This document shows positions 9,395 to 19,600 of a DNA stretch of 64,000 nucleotides, piece after piece. Every line of letters starts with the position of its first letter. The first letter of the stretch is position 1. The notes under the pieces were generated by a model. The model worked only from the letters and a program-made list of their open reading frames with translations. It did no database searches and was not told where the DNA came from. This stretch comes from an uncultured Oscillibacter sp. (GTDB taxonomy: Bacteria; Bacillota; Clostridia; Oscillospirales; Oscillospiraceae): contig CAJOHW010000028.1 in assembly GCA_905234565.1 (NCBI GenBank), forward strand, positions 9,874 through 73,873, read 5' to 3'. The translations under genes and the position numbers were made by a program.

Positions 9395-11536
9395 TTACGC
9401 CACGGCCCGATAGAGAATCGCGGCCATTTGCAGCCGGGTCAAAGTGCCGCTGGGGTTCAGACGCCCCTGGGCGTCGCCGTTGAACACGCCCATGCGGGCT
9501 AAAGCTCCCATGGCCTCTACGGCGTAGTAGGGCACGTCGTACCAGTCGGAGAACCGGGCCAGGTCCACATAGCCTCCCGGGGTCACGGTGCCGTAGCGCT
9601 CCATGCACCGGTACAGCAGCAGCGCCGCGGACTGGCGGGTAATGGGGGTGTCCGGCAGGAAGTACCGGGTGGCGTCCGTAATGCCCACGGCCCGGGCCCC
9701 CGCAATGGCCTCCGCGTAGTACATGGAGGTGTTTACGTCCTCATAGCCTCCGTTGCCGGGGTAAGGGGGAATCCCGTACAGCCGGGCCAGCACCGTGACG
9801 AAGGCCCCCCGGCGGGCGGGGCCGTCCGGCTCATAGGTGGAGGGGGTGACGCCGTTGAGGACGCCGTAGGTCCGGAAGAAGTCCACGGCGGGCACCGCCC
9901 AGGTCCGATCCGAGGTCCGCAGGTCCGAAAAGTACCGGGAATAGGTGGGCGGCGTCACGGAGATCCGCAGATAGCTGCTGTACACCCGGTTCTGACGGTT
10001 CCGGGCGGTGTAGCGGATCCGGGCGGTGCCGGAGAAGTCGTGGGCGGGCAGGAAGGACACCTGGCGTAAAGTGTCAGCGGTGTACAGGGTCTCCGGGTCA
10101 AAGGACGAGTAGATCCCCGGGGACAGGAAGTGGGTCAAAAGCCGCCCCTGGGCCGGATCCGGCTCTTGCAGCTGGATGGACACCACGTCCCCAATGATAG
10201 GCTCGGACTGGGCAAGGATCTCTGAGGCGTTCAGGGTCACGGCGGGGCCTGTGGAGAGGAAGGCGGAGGCGGCGTCGGACCAGCCGGTGCTCTCCGTGGC
10301 ACTCACCACGATGGTGATCCGCCCCTCAAAGGACGTGCCCCGGTTGTCATAGCCGCTGTAAAGGAAGGAGACGGTCCCCGTATAGCCCTCCGGGGCAGCA
10401 TAGTTCACGTTGTCCAGCAGGGACGCGCCGCCGGTGCGGTAATAGGAGGTTCCCGTGCTGACGCTCCGGCTCTCCCCATAGTAGAGGCTCCCCACAGCGG
10501 GCCGGGCCCGGAAGCGCACATAGTCCAGTTCCCGGCCTGTGGCGGTGCGGCTGGCGTTGGAGAAGTCGGAGGCGAAGAAGTACACCCGTTTCCCGCTGGC
10601 CACGGTGTACTCGATCTCGCTGCCCGCCCCCTCGTCCACGTCAATGTAAATCCGGGCGGTGAAGGACCGCCCCCGGGTGTTGACCCCGGTGAAGTTGATG
10701 GAAAAGGAGCCGGTATAGTCCTCGTCCGCCTCAAAGCTCAAAAGGGCGATCCGGTTGCTGCCGGAGCGGTTGAACTCGTCCCCGGTGTCCACCTCCGTGG
10801 TCCGGTTGTAGTACACCGTCCCCCGGGAGGCGGAGGGAAGAGAGGTAAAGTAGATGTAATCCAGCTGCTGCCCCGTGCGGTCGTAGCACTCCTCCTCAAA
10901 ATCCGCCAGGAGAAAGTCCACACGGCCCCCGGGGGAGGTCTCGTAGTTCAGCCGCTCCCGGTCCTCGCCGGAGGAGGAACTGACAGAGCCTTTGGCCTCC
11001 GGGTTGTTCACGTACATCCGGACCACACCCTGGAAACTGCGGCCCTCCGTGTCATAGCCTGTGAAGGACAGGGTGAAGTTCCCGGCGTACTCGGGGTTTG
11101 GCACAAAGGCCACGCCGTTGATGGAGGGGGACAGGGTGCGGTAATAGCGGGTGGAGGACTGGATGGGCTGTTCATACACGCTGGCGCTGACGTAGTTATA
11201 ATAGAGGGTGCCGCAGCGGGCGCTGGGCAGGCTGAAGGTGACGTATTGCAAAGAGCGGTTGGTCAGGGCCATGGCGTAGCGGAAGAAGTCCTCGGACCGG
11301 AAGCGGATCACCGCGCCGTTGTGGGAGGAATAAGACAGGGTTGCCTCGTCCTGCTCCACGGAGATGAGGATGGACCCGGTAAAGGACCGCTCGTTCTCGC
11401 TGTACCCCGTGTAGGAAACCCGCACGTTCCCGGAGGATCCGGCCTTGGGCAGGAAGGTCAGGTTCTCGATCTGATAGGGCCCGCTGCCGCCGTCATAGTA
11501 CAGGCGGGTGGCCTCCCTCGGACACGTACCCGTCAT
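9395..11536 (-). CDS. Cell-surface repeat protein with three C-terminal SLH domains (C-terminal portion; probably continuous with 11493..12818)
   Basis: Five or more ~100-aa repeats (pattern L-x-Y-h-x-F...G-x-L-Y-Y...Y-T-G...F-x-Y-x-G-x-D...G-x-S-F). These are followed by SLH-like segments (FSDL...WAVPAVDFF, YEDV...YYAEAIAGA, DVPYYAVEAMGALARMGVFNGD). It has no signal peptide of its own. Confidence 0.7.
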   Translation of the reverse strand: MTGTCPREATRLYYDGGSGPYQIENLTFLPKAGSSGNVRVSYTGYSENERSFTGSILISVEQDEATLSYSSHNGAVIRFRSEDFFRYAMALTNRSLQYVTFSLPSARCGTLYYNYVSASVYEQPIQSSTRYYRTLSPSINGVAFVPNPEYAGNFTLSFTGYDTEGRSFQGVVRMYVNNPEAKGSVSSSSGEDRERLNYETSPGGRVDFLLADFEEECYDRTGQQLDYIYFTSLPSASRGTVYYNRTTEVDTGDEFNRSGSNRIALLSFEADEDYTGSFSINFTGVNTRGRSFTARIYIDVDEGAGSEIEYTVASGKRVYFFASDFSNASRTATGRELDYVRFRARPAVGSLYYGESRSVSTGTSYYRTGGASLLDNVNYAAPEGYTGTVSFLYSGYDNRGTSFEGRITIVVSATESTGWSDAASAFLSTGPAVTLNASEILAQSEPIIGDVVSIQLQEPDPAQGRLLTHFLSPGIYSSFDPETLYTADTLRQVSFLPAHDFSGTARIRYTARNRQNRVYSSYLRISVTPPTYSRYFSDLRTSDRTWAVPAVDFFRTYGVLNGVTPSTYEPDGPARRGAFVTVLARLYGIPPYPGNGGYEDVNTSMYYAEAIAGARAVGITDATRYFLPDTPITRQSAALLLYRCMERYGTVTPGGYVDLARFSDWYDVPYYAVEAMGALARMGVFNGDAQGRLNPSGTLTRLQMAAILYRAVA

Positions 11537-12818
11537 ACAGGATCCCCAGATCCGTCCGGACGGAAAGGCTCGTGATGCTGCGCAGGTCCTCTCCCGTCAG
11601 TTTCTTACACATCTCCCGCAGATCCGGCAGAAGATCCGCAAAGCTCAACGCCCCGTTTTTCAAAGACGCGAATACGGTGGTGTCCTCATTGGTGGCCACC
11701 GTCACCTGGCAGGAGGCGGAAAAGCCTCCGCCGGTACAGGTGATGACGGCGCTGCCGTTGGCCACCGCCTGGACCACCGCCTCCCGCTCACTGGTCTCCG
11801 CCCGCCGCACCAGGGCCACCCCGGTGTTGCTGCTGCTCCACTGCCAGCTGGTACCCGTCACGTTCTCCGCCTCTCCAAAGACGCTGAGGGTCAGCATGGA
11901 GGCGGTGTTGGTGTCCATCTCCAAGTTTGTCGGCGACAGGGTGATGCCGGACACCGTCACCTGACAGACGGCGGGGTCCCCGGTGCCCACCTGGGCCTGG
12001 ACGGTGGTGGTGCCCGGGCCGATGCCCGTGACCACCACGGACTCCCCGGTGTTGGCGGACAGTTCCACCACGCCGGTATCCCGGACGGTCCAGGTGATAT
12101 ACTTGGGATCCACCACCGGGATCACGCTGGCAGTCCGCAGGCGGGTGGAACTGCCCTTGCGCAAAGACGCAATCACGGAGTCGGACAGGGACACCCGGGC
12201 GGCCAGAATCACCGTCACCTGACAGGAGGCGGTATAGTCCCCGCAGGTGCAAGTGACCAGTGTCGTGCCCGGATCCCGGGCGGTGAGCAGGGCGCTGCCG
12301 TCCTCCCGAGGCTCCACCGCCACCAGGGCCGGGTCCACAGGGGCCCAGGACCAGCTGTCCGCCTCCTCCGCCTTCCCGTAGCGGGTCATGGTCAGGACCT
12401 GCTCCTGGGCGGTGGTCAGGGACACGGTGGTGTCGGACAGGGCAACGCCGGATACCGTCACCTCACAGGAGGCGGTGTGTTCCTCGTCAATTTGAGCGGT
12501 GACAATGGTTTTTCCCGCCCCGATGGGGGACACGGTGATGGTTTTCCCGGTTTCGGCGGAGATCCGGACCACGGAGGCGTTTCCGGTGGTCCAGGAGAGT
12601 TCCGCGTCCTCCGGCGTCACGGCGGCGGTCAGTTCCAGGGTGCCGTCCGGCTCCAGGACCGCGCTGTCCTGGCTCAGGGCGATGGATACTTCCACGCTGG
12701 GGGGATCGCTCTGGGAATCGGGATCCGTCCCGTCTCCGGTTTCCGCCGCCAGGACGGGCAGGGCCAGCAGGATCGACGCCAGCAGCGCCGTCAGGACGGC
12801 GCGGATGGGATGTTTCAT
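11493..12818 (-). CDS. Secreted protein with tandem Big_2-like Ig domains (N-terminal portion of the split surface protein)
   Basis: Signal peptide MKHPIRAVLTALLASILLALPVLAAE, SD AAGGAGG. Four repeats of the type VTVSPIGAGKTIVTAQ...ASCEVTV. The last 20 aa already start the downstream repeat pattern. Confidence 0.7.
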   Translation of the reverse strand: MKHPIRAVLTALLASILLALPVLAAETGDGTDPDSQSDPPSVEVSIALSQDSAVLEPDGTLELTAAVTPEDAELSWTTGNASVVRISAETGKTITVSPIGAGKTIVTAQIDEEHTASCEVTVSGVALSDTTVSLTTAQEQVLTMTRYGKAEEADSWSWAPVDPALVAVEPREDGSALLTARDPGTTLVTCTCGDYTASCQVTVILAARVSLSDSVIASLRKGSSTRLRTASVIPVVDPKYITWTVRDTGVVELSANTGESVVVTGIGPGTTTVQAQVGTGDPAVCQVTVSGITLSPTNLEMDTNTASMLTLSVFGEAENVTGTSWQWSSSNTGVALVRRAETSEREAVVQAVANGSAVITCTGGGFSASCQVTVATNEDTTVFASLKNGALSFADLLPDLREMCKKLTGEDLRSITSLSVRTDLGILYDGYVSEGGHPPVL

Positions 12819-12898
12819 GATGCCTCCTTACTTCCGATACAGGGATCCCCTCCCCCCGTGATCCGGGGAGAGGGAATCCTGCGCGGCGGGACGATCCT

Positions 12899-15800
12899 TT
12901 AGCGGCCGTCCCAATCCTCATTGATCTGGACCTGACAGGTGTAGGTCCCTGTCCCGTCCTCCGCGGGACGGATCAGCAGGTTCACATCCAGCCCCGTGTC
13001 CCGCATATTGCCGAACTGGTCGCACAACTCCGTCTTGAAGCTGATGAAGGACCGGTCCCGCACCCCGTTGCACACCAGGGTCAAGGTCCGGGTGGACACG
13101 CCCGTCAGGCTGTCAGACTGCAGCATGACAATGGGGTAGTCCGACGTACGGGAGAACACCACAGTCTCCGCCCCCACAAAGCCCGGATAGTCGCCGCGGC
13201 GGCCGCCGCTGGTCAGGCCGTTGTCCACCTGCTTCAGTCTCGGCGGCGTCACACTGGTATCCCGGTACCACAGCGTCTCGTCAAAGGTCAGGACCACCGT
13301 GCCATTGATGAGGGTGCCGGTACTGTCTACGGTCAGGTTGGACTGAACCCGGATGACGCTGGGGGGAATCAGGTCCGGCTGCACCAGGGGATAGACCGAC
13401 AGGAAGGTCCTGCCCGTGGAACTGGACACCGTGGCAATGAGGGCATAGTCCCCGGGCTTCGCGTCGAAGTCCTCACAGTCCACGGCATACCAGCTTCCAG
13501 CCGTGACCTCAACGCCGTGGCCCACGCCCAGAATGGCGGTGTTGGCCTCGGCGCTTCGCAGATAGGCCGCCATCTGGCTGCGGGCGGAGTCTCCGGCGTA
13601 GGCGTCAAAGACCGTGCCCTGGGCGGAATCCGCCGGGTCCACGGGGGTGTTCATGGCCTGGAGAACCGTCTCGATTTTGGCGTAAGCGGGGAACTCCGCC
13701 GGGGCCTCCCGGTTCCCGGAGGGGAAGGCCCCCCAGAAGGACCGGGTGAACAGTTCGCCAAGGCCGTCCAAACTGGCAAGCATATAATCCAAGGTCACGT
13801 TCTGGCTGGGGGAGAGGTTGGCGGTGGAGCCGGTCAAATCGTAGGACAGCACCGGCAGGGCCTCCGCCTCCGTGTGGAAATAGAAGAGCTGGGCGTACTG
13901 GGAGTAGTTCTGCCCGCTGCCCTGTAAGACGAAATAGGCGAAGTAGTCCGTGTCGGACCGCAGTCCCTCAACGGGAACAGGCAGGATCCCCTGTCCGGCG
14001 CTGACGCTGCCGGTTTTCACCGTCTCGTCCTCAAAGGGCATATGCACCACGTCCAAATACGTGGGCTGGCTCAGGTAGAAGGGGTCCTCCACCGCCCCGC
14101 CCCGGGGCACAGAGGCGGCGTCCAGGGCATCTAAATACGCGCCGCTCAAATCCCGGGTCAGCACAGTGCCGTCCGCCGGGGCGATGACGTAGTACACCGT
14201 ACCCGTCCGGTCCAGCCGGAGGATCATATCCATGCGGGTGTCCGACGGCCGGAACTGGGGGTAGCGGGGGTAGAAATCGGGCACCACCGTGCCGGAATAG
14301 GCCCGGGACATCTCAAAGGGATCGGGATAGGTCAGATCCTGGCCCTTTTCCAGGAAGGCGTTATAGGAATCCTGGTCGATGTTGTGGGCCAGATCCCCGA
14401 TGTCCGTATAGTTCCCCGCGATGACGGAGATCCGGAACCGGACGGTCTTGTTCCAGTTGGACCGGAGGGGATCCCCGTTCAGGGACCGGACATGGATGGC
14501 GTACTCATAGACCCGGTCGTCCCGCAGGTTGGACAGGGCCAGCAGTTCTCCCGCCTGGCTGCCGTTCAGGTCTAAATGGAGGCTCCGGCCATGGAAGGAA
14601 CCTTCCTCCCCGCTGACCACGGCAATCCGCCCTACGCCGCCGCTGGCGCTCAGGCTGCCCAGACGCCGCCAGTTGTAGTCATACTCGCTGGAATCCGCGG
14701 GGCGGCTGCGGACAAACATCTCGAAATCCAGAGACGTGTCCGCCCAGATCACCATGTCCCAGCAGGCGTCCCCGTCGGACCGGGCGGTGGAGGTGGGGGT
14801 CACGGAGAACGCCGCGTCCACCGTGTCGATGTCCGGGGGATACTGGGAGGTCCGCAGGGTCAGGGATTTCAGATCCGCCTGGGCGGGCCGGGTGGTGAAG
14901 GGGCCAAGCCAGGTGTCGTCCATGGGGTTCACCGTGGGCAGCGCCGTGTCCGACAGGTCCGTCAGGCGGAAGCGGTAACTGGTGCCGCTGCGAAGGTTCA
15001 ACGCGCTGTCCGTACTCCTTGTGGGGAAGGTAATGACCGTGCGGCCGTCCTCGTTCTCAATGGTGGCAAAGCGGTAGTCCACGGTCCAGTCCCCCTCCGC
15101 CAGGGACGCCGGGCCGTACTCCGGCGCCGGCGAATCCCCCCGGTAGAGCCGCACCGTGGCCCGAAGGCAGGCGGCCAGGGCCTCCCGGGCGTCGTCCAGT
15201 TCCGCTTTGGCATCTTCCAGGGCGGAAAGGCCAGGGATTCCGGCCGCCTCCGCCTCCGATACCGCCGCCTCCGCCGCCTTCACCCGGTCGTAGAACTCCG
15301 TCAGGATCTGTCCCGTGTTCTGCCGCTGGACCTCCTCGCTGAACACCACCCGGATGTCCGTATCCGCCAGAGGCACGGCGGCGTTCTCCTCATCGTGGAT
15401 GGTGTATTCCAGTTCCGCCGTGGGGGGCACGGTATCCTGGGTCTGGGCGGTGATGAGGCACTTCCCCCGAAGGCTGTCCCGGTCCCCGGCGGAGAGCGCC
15501 GCCTCAATGGGAAACTCAGAGGTGTTTCCGGACGGGTCCTGGGCGAAGTACCAGATGTCGTAAGAGGTCTGGGGGTTCAGCCCGGGCACAGTGAAATAGG
15601 CCTCTTTCCGGGCATCGGCGCTGCCGGAGCCGTACTGGAAGGACAGCTTGCCGGAGCGGATCTGTTCCTGGGCGTGTTCCGCCGTAATGGAGCCGCCGCC
15701 GGTGGGCCGGGGGGGATAGTCCGTCCCCGTCACCACCGCCGCCCAGTATACCGACGCCTCCTCACTGACGGCATAGGTAAACGTCAGGGAGGTGGGCAGA

Positions 15801-16600
15801 ATGGTCTGGATCTGGGGGGCCTTGGTGAACACGGGGCTGACGCTGTCCACGGTCATGAGCGGCACCACATGGATCTGGGAGTTGGAGGCGAAATCCGGGT
15901 CGGTCAGCCACATATGGACCTGATAGCTGGTCAGCTGGCGCAAATCGGACAGCCGCAGGGTATAGGCCCGTCCGGCGGACAAGGCCACCGTGCCGCTGTC
16001 TAAGGCCCCGGGAATCACGTTGGTGCGGAAGTGGTTCATGGTGACATTGGCCCCGTCCCGGGTCAGCGCCCAGCGCAGAGAACAGGTCTTGTCCGCCGTG
16101 ACGGTGATCCAGGCGTAGCACCGGTTCTCCTGGGAGGAGTTGGAATCAAAGGTATTGGCGACGAGTTCCGGAAAGACGGAGAAGGACGGGGGCTCGTTGT
16201 CCGGATCTGGCACGGCCAGGGGCCAGGCGGGGCCAGCAGGGGCTCCGGAGGGGTCAATGGCCAGGAGCTTCCCCTCCGCCGGAGCGTTGTCGGCAGTCCA
16301 GGAGAGTTTCTTGGAGTGGACGTTGCTGGCAGCGGCGTCCAGAGGCTCCGGGTTCAGGGCGGTGACGGAGCGCATCCGGCCCTGGGCGTCGTACTCCGCG
16401 AAGTACAGCGCCCCCAGGGATTCCGTGGTCCAGTAGTAGAGGGTGGTGTCCGTCTCCCCGGAGCGCAGATACCCGCTGGCCGCGAACGTTTCCGCGGCGT
16501 CCGCCAAAACAGCGGGGGCCTCCCCCTCCGCCGCCAGGGCGGAGAGGGGGAGGAGGGCCAGCAGAACCAGGCAAAAGGAACATTGAAAAATCCGTTTCAT
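12899..16600 (-). CDS. Large secreted surface protein (1233 aa), paralog of the SLH protein but lacking SLH domains
   Basis: ATG at 16600 (MKRIFQCSFCLVLLALLPLSALAAEGE signal peptide), SD GGAG, 2 nt after the upstream stop. FN3-like modules (TSYDIWYFAQDPSGN). Long blocks are alignable to 16603..21750. Confidence 0.8.
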   Translation of the reverse strand: MKRIFQCSFCLVLLALLPLSALAAEGEAPAVLADAAETFAASGYLRSGETDTTLYYWTTESLGALYFAEYDAQGRMRSVTALNPEPLDAAASNVHSKKLSWTADNAPAEGKLLAIDPSGAPAGPAWPLAVPDPDNEPPSFSVFPELVANTFDSNSSQENRCYAWITVTADKTCSLRWALTRDGANVTMNHFRTNVIPGALDSGTVALSAGRAYTLRLSDLRQLTSYQVHMWLTDPDFASNSQIHVVPLMTVDSVSPVFTKAPQIQTILPTSLTFTYAVSEEASVYWAAVVTGTDYPPRPTGGGSITAEHAQEQIRSGKLSFQYGSGSADARKEAYFTVPGLNPQTSYDIWYFAQDPSGNTSEFPIEAALSAGDRDSLRGKCLITAQTQDTVPPTAELEYTIHDEENAAVPLADTDIRVVFSEEVQRQNTGQILTEFYDRVKAAEAAVSEAEAAGIPGLSALEDAKAELDDAREALAACLRATVRLYRGDSPAPEYGPASLAEGDWTVDYRFATIENEDGRTVITFPTRSTDSALNLRSGTSYRFRLTDLSDTALPTVNPMDDTWLGPFTTRPAQADLKSLTLRTSQYPPDIDTVDAAFSVTPTSTARSDGDACWDMVIWADTSLDFEMFVRSRPADSSEYDYNWRRLGSLSASGGVGRIAVVSGEEGSFHGRSLHLDLNGSQAGELLALSNLRDDRVYEYAIHVRSLNGDPLRSNWNKTVRFRISVIAGNYTDIGDLAHNIDQDSYNAFLEKGQDLTYPDPFEMSRAYSGTVVPDFYPRYPQFRPSDTRMDMILRLDRTGTVYYVIAPADGTVLTRDLSGAYLDALDAASVPRGGAVEDPFYLSQPTYLDVVHMPFEDETVKTGSVSAGQGILPVPVEGLRSDTDYFAYFVLQGSGQNYSQYAQLFYFHTEAEALPVLSYDLTGSTANLSPSQNVTLDYMLASLDGLGELFTRSFWGAFPSGNREAPAEFPAYAKIETVLQAMNTPVDPADSAQGTVFDAYAGDSARSQMAAYLRSAEANTAILGVGHGVEVTAGSWYAVDCEDFDAKPGDYALIATVSSSTGRTFLSVYPLVQPDLIPPSVIRVQSNLTVDSTGTLINGTVVLTFDETLWYRDTSVTPPRLKQVDNGLTSGGRRGDYPGFVGAETVVFSRTSDYPIVMLQSDSLTGVSTRTLTLVCNGVRDRSFISFKTELCDQFGNMRDTGLDVNLLIRPAEDGTGTYTCQVQINEDWDGR

Positions 16601-16602
16601 AC

Positions 16603-19600
16603 TCACTCCGTGGCGTTTTGCCGTCCGTCCCAGGCCGGGGTGATATGCACCACCGGCGTGGACACCGCCGTGTAGATGGGTTCGCCGGTCAGGGGATCCC
16701 AGTCCTCCACGGTGCGGACCTTTTGGATCTCAATGGACACCGTCAGAGGCGAGGAACGCACGTTGCTGTACTGGTCGCACAGGTCCGCGTTGAAGGTGAT
16801 GAAGGTGCCGTCCTGGGCGTGGTCGAAGGCGAAGTCGATGGTCAGGGTCTGTCGGCCCACCTGGCTGTCGCTGAGCATGAGGCCCACGGCGGTGGCGTCG
16901 GATTCGCTCTGGACCAGGGAGCCGATGCTGATGAAGTTGCTGTACGCCCCCTCCTGCCGGGCGGAGGTCAGGATGCTGCCCCGGTCCACCTGCCGGAGGG
17001 TAGGCGGCGCGGTGGAGTCGTCGCTGTGGAAGAGGTACTCGTTGAAGGTCAGGGACACCCGGCCGCTGCACGTGTCTAAGGTCTTGGTGTTGCCCTGGGC
17101 GTCGGTGGTCTTGTCCATGGTCAGGGTGGACTGGACGGCGGTGACCACCGGGGCCTCGTTGTCCACCAGGGTCAGGGGGTAGATGCCCCGGAAGGCGTCG
17201 CCGGAACCGGAGGGGCTGCGGCCCACGGCCAGGAAGGCGTACTGGGCCCGCTCGCTCATGGGATACTCGCTGCAGTCCACCCGGTGCCGTATCCCCGGGT
17301 TCACCTCAATGCCGTGGCCCACGCCGATGATGGTGCCCGCGGTGTTGGCGGCGGAGGCCCGGATGTACTCCGCCAGCTGGTCTTTGTAGGTTTGGGTGGC
17401 GTACTTGTCAAAGACGCTGCCCTGGCCGTTGTCGTCGGTACTGGCAAGGTTGGTGGACATGGCCTGGAGGACGTTGGTAATCCCGGCGTAGTTGCGGTAG
17501 GAGGAGGGGGCCGGGATGTTGCCGCAGGGGTCGTTGTTCCAGAAGGCCCGGCTTAAGAGATTGCTCAGGGCGGAGGAGTTGTAGTTCACCACCATGAAGT
17601 CCACGGAGGCCTCCCGGTTGGTGCCGATGTTCACCACGGGGTTGGCGAGATCCAGGGTCAGGACCGGGCGGCGGACCTCCGTGGTGGTAAAGCGGTAGAG
17701 CTGCACATACCGGGAATAGGTCTGGCCCGTGCCCCGGATGACAAAGTAGGCGAAGTAGTCCGTCTCCGGAATCAGCCCTGCCACCGTCACGGACACGGAG
17801 CCGGAGGTGATGTTGGTGGAGCCCGTGCGGATGTCCGGATTGTCATACTCCGGGTTCACGATTTCCAGATACGGCGGGACGCTGACCTCAAAGGGGGCCA
17901 GGGGGATGGACTGTCCGTTCTCGTCCCGGATCTCGTTGCCGGAGCTGTCCAAACGCACATCGCTGCCGCTGGAGGGGATCTCGTCGTGGCGGTTCCAGTC
18001 CACCACGATGCCGTCCAGGTCCCGGGTGGTGATGGTGCCGTCCGCCGGGGCCAGGGCATAGAACACGGTGCCGATCCGGCTGATTTGCAGCCGCATCTCC
18101 ACGCTCACGTCCCCGGGCTCAAAGATGGGCCGCCCGGAGGAGAAGCTGGGAGCCACGGTGTCCAGGAAGCGGCGGGTCAGGCGGAAGCCCAGATCGGAGG
18201 GATTGCCCACCTCAAAGACGGATTCCTCCCGCTTGTCCTGGGCGAAGCGGTCCTCGGTGATGTTGGCGGCCAGGTTGTACAGGTTCACGGACACGCCGGA
18301 CACCACGGAGATATAGAAGTTCACCTCCTGGCTCCAGCCAGTGCGGTCGTTGTCGCCGTTGACCTCCAAAAACCGGATGGCGTACTCATAAATCAGGTTG
18401 TCGGACAGGTCCCGGAGGGCAGGCGTCTCCCCCACGCCGTTGCCGTACAGGTTAAACTGTAAGCTCTGGCCGATGCGCTGGCCCCGCATGGTGGAGGGAA
18501 TGGCCACCCGGCCAATACCGCCGGAGCCGTCCCGGCTCTGCACCCGGTACCAGCCGTTGGCGTCCGTGGCGGGGCCGTCCAGCCCTTCCATGTCCACATG
18601 ATACTCTCCCGTGGGATCCGCGTCCCGGACCCGGGTGTAGACCTCGTACTGGCAGGAGATATCCGACCAGATCAGCATATCCCAGGAGAGGCTGGCGTCC
18701 GCCTGGGCGGTAGAAATGGGCGTGGCGCTGAAACTCATGTCGATGTCCGACACCCCCACGGGATAGCTGGACACCGCTAAGCTGAGGGTGGTCAGGGCCA
18801 CCTCCGAGTCCACAGTCCGGAACCGGGGCAGCCGGGTCAGCTGCATCCGGTTGCGGGAGGAGGACACGTCGGCGATATCTTCCAGCTCAAAGTAGTAGAA
18901 CGTGCCGCTGGCCAGTTTCAGGGCGCTGGTGCCCTGGGTCAGGGGCGTCTCCACCACCGTGGGCAGCAGGATCACCAGATTGGCCTCCTCCATGAACACC
19001 CGGGCGTTGCGGAAGTCAATCACCCAGGGCTCGTTAAGGCGCTCGTTGTTGTAGCTGCGCTCCGGCACCTGAATGGGCAGTCCGGAACTGGGCCGCTCAT
19101 AGAGCCGGATACAGGCCGACAGGGCCTCTCCCAGGGCTTTGCGGGCTTCGTAGAGCTCCGAGGCGCTCTGGGCGGAGGCCACCTGCTCATAGAGATCCAG
19201 GAACCGCTGGCCCGTGGTGTAGCGCTGGATGCCCTCGTTGAACACCAGACGGACGCTGGTGTCGGCGTAGGGGTTGTTCTCCGTGTTCTCCCGCTGGCGG
19301 GTGAACTCCTGGGTGGCGGTGGGAGGGATGTTGTCCAGGGTGTTGGCGGTGATCATGCACTCGTTTTTGGGGTTGTTGGGATCGTTGGGGTTGTTGAGAT
19401 CCCCGTCGGGCCAGCGGGAGTAGTTTCCGGCGGTGTCCCGGGCCAGATACCAGATGTCATAGGCGGTCTGGGCGGAGAGACCGGAGACGGTGATGTTGAC
19501 GGGGGTATTGGCCCGGGCGCTGGAAGAGCCAAAGCGCACGGCCCCGATGCCCGTGGAGATCTCGATCTGGGCGTAGGTCTCCGTGACGGTGTCATAGCCC

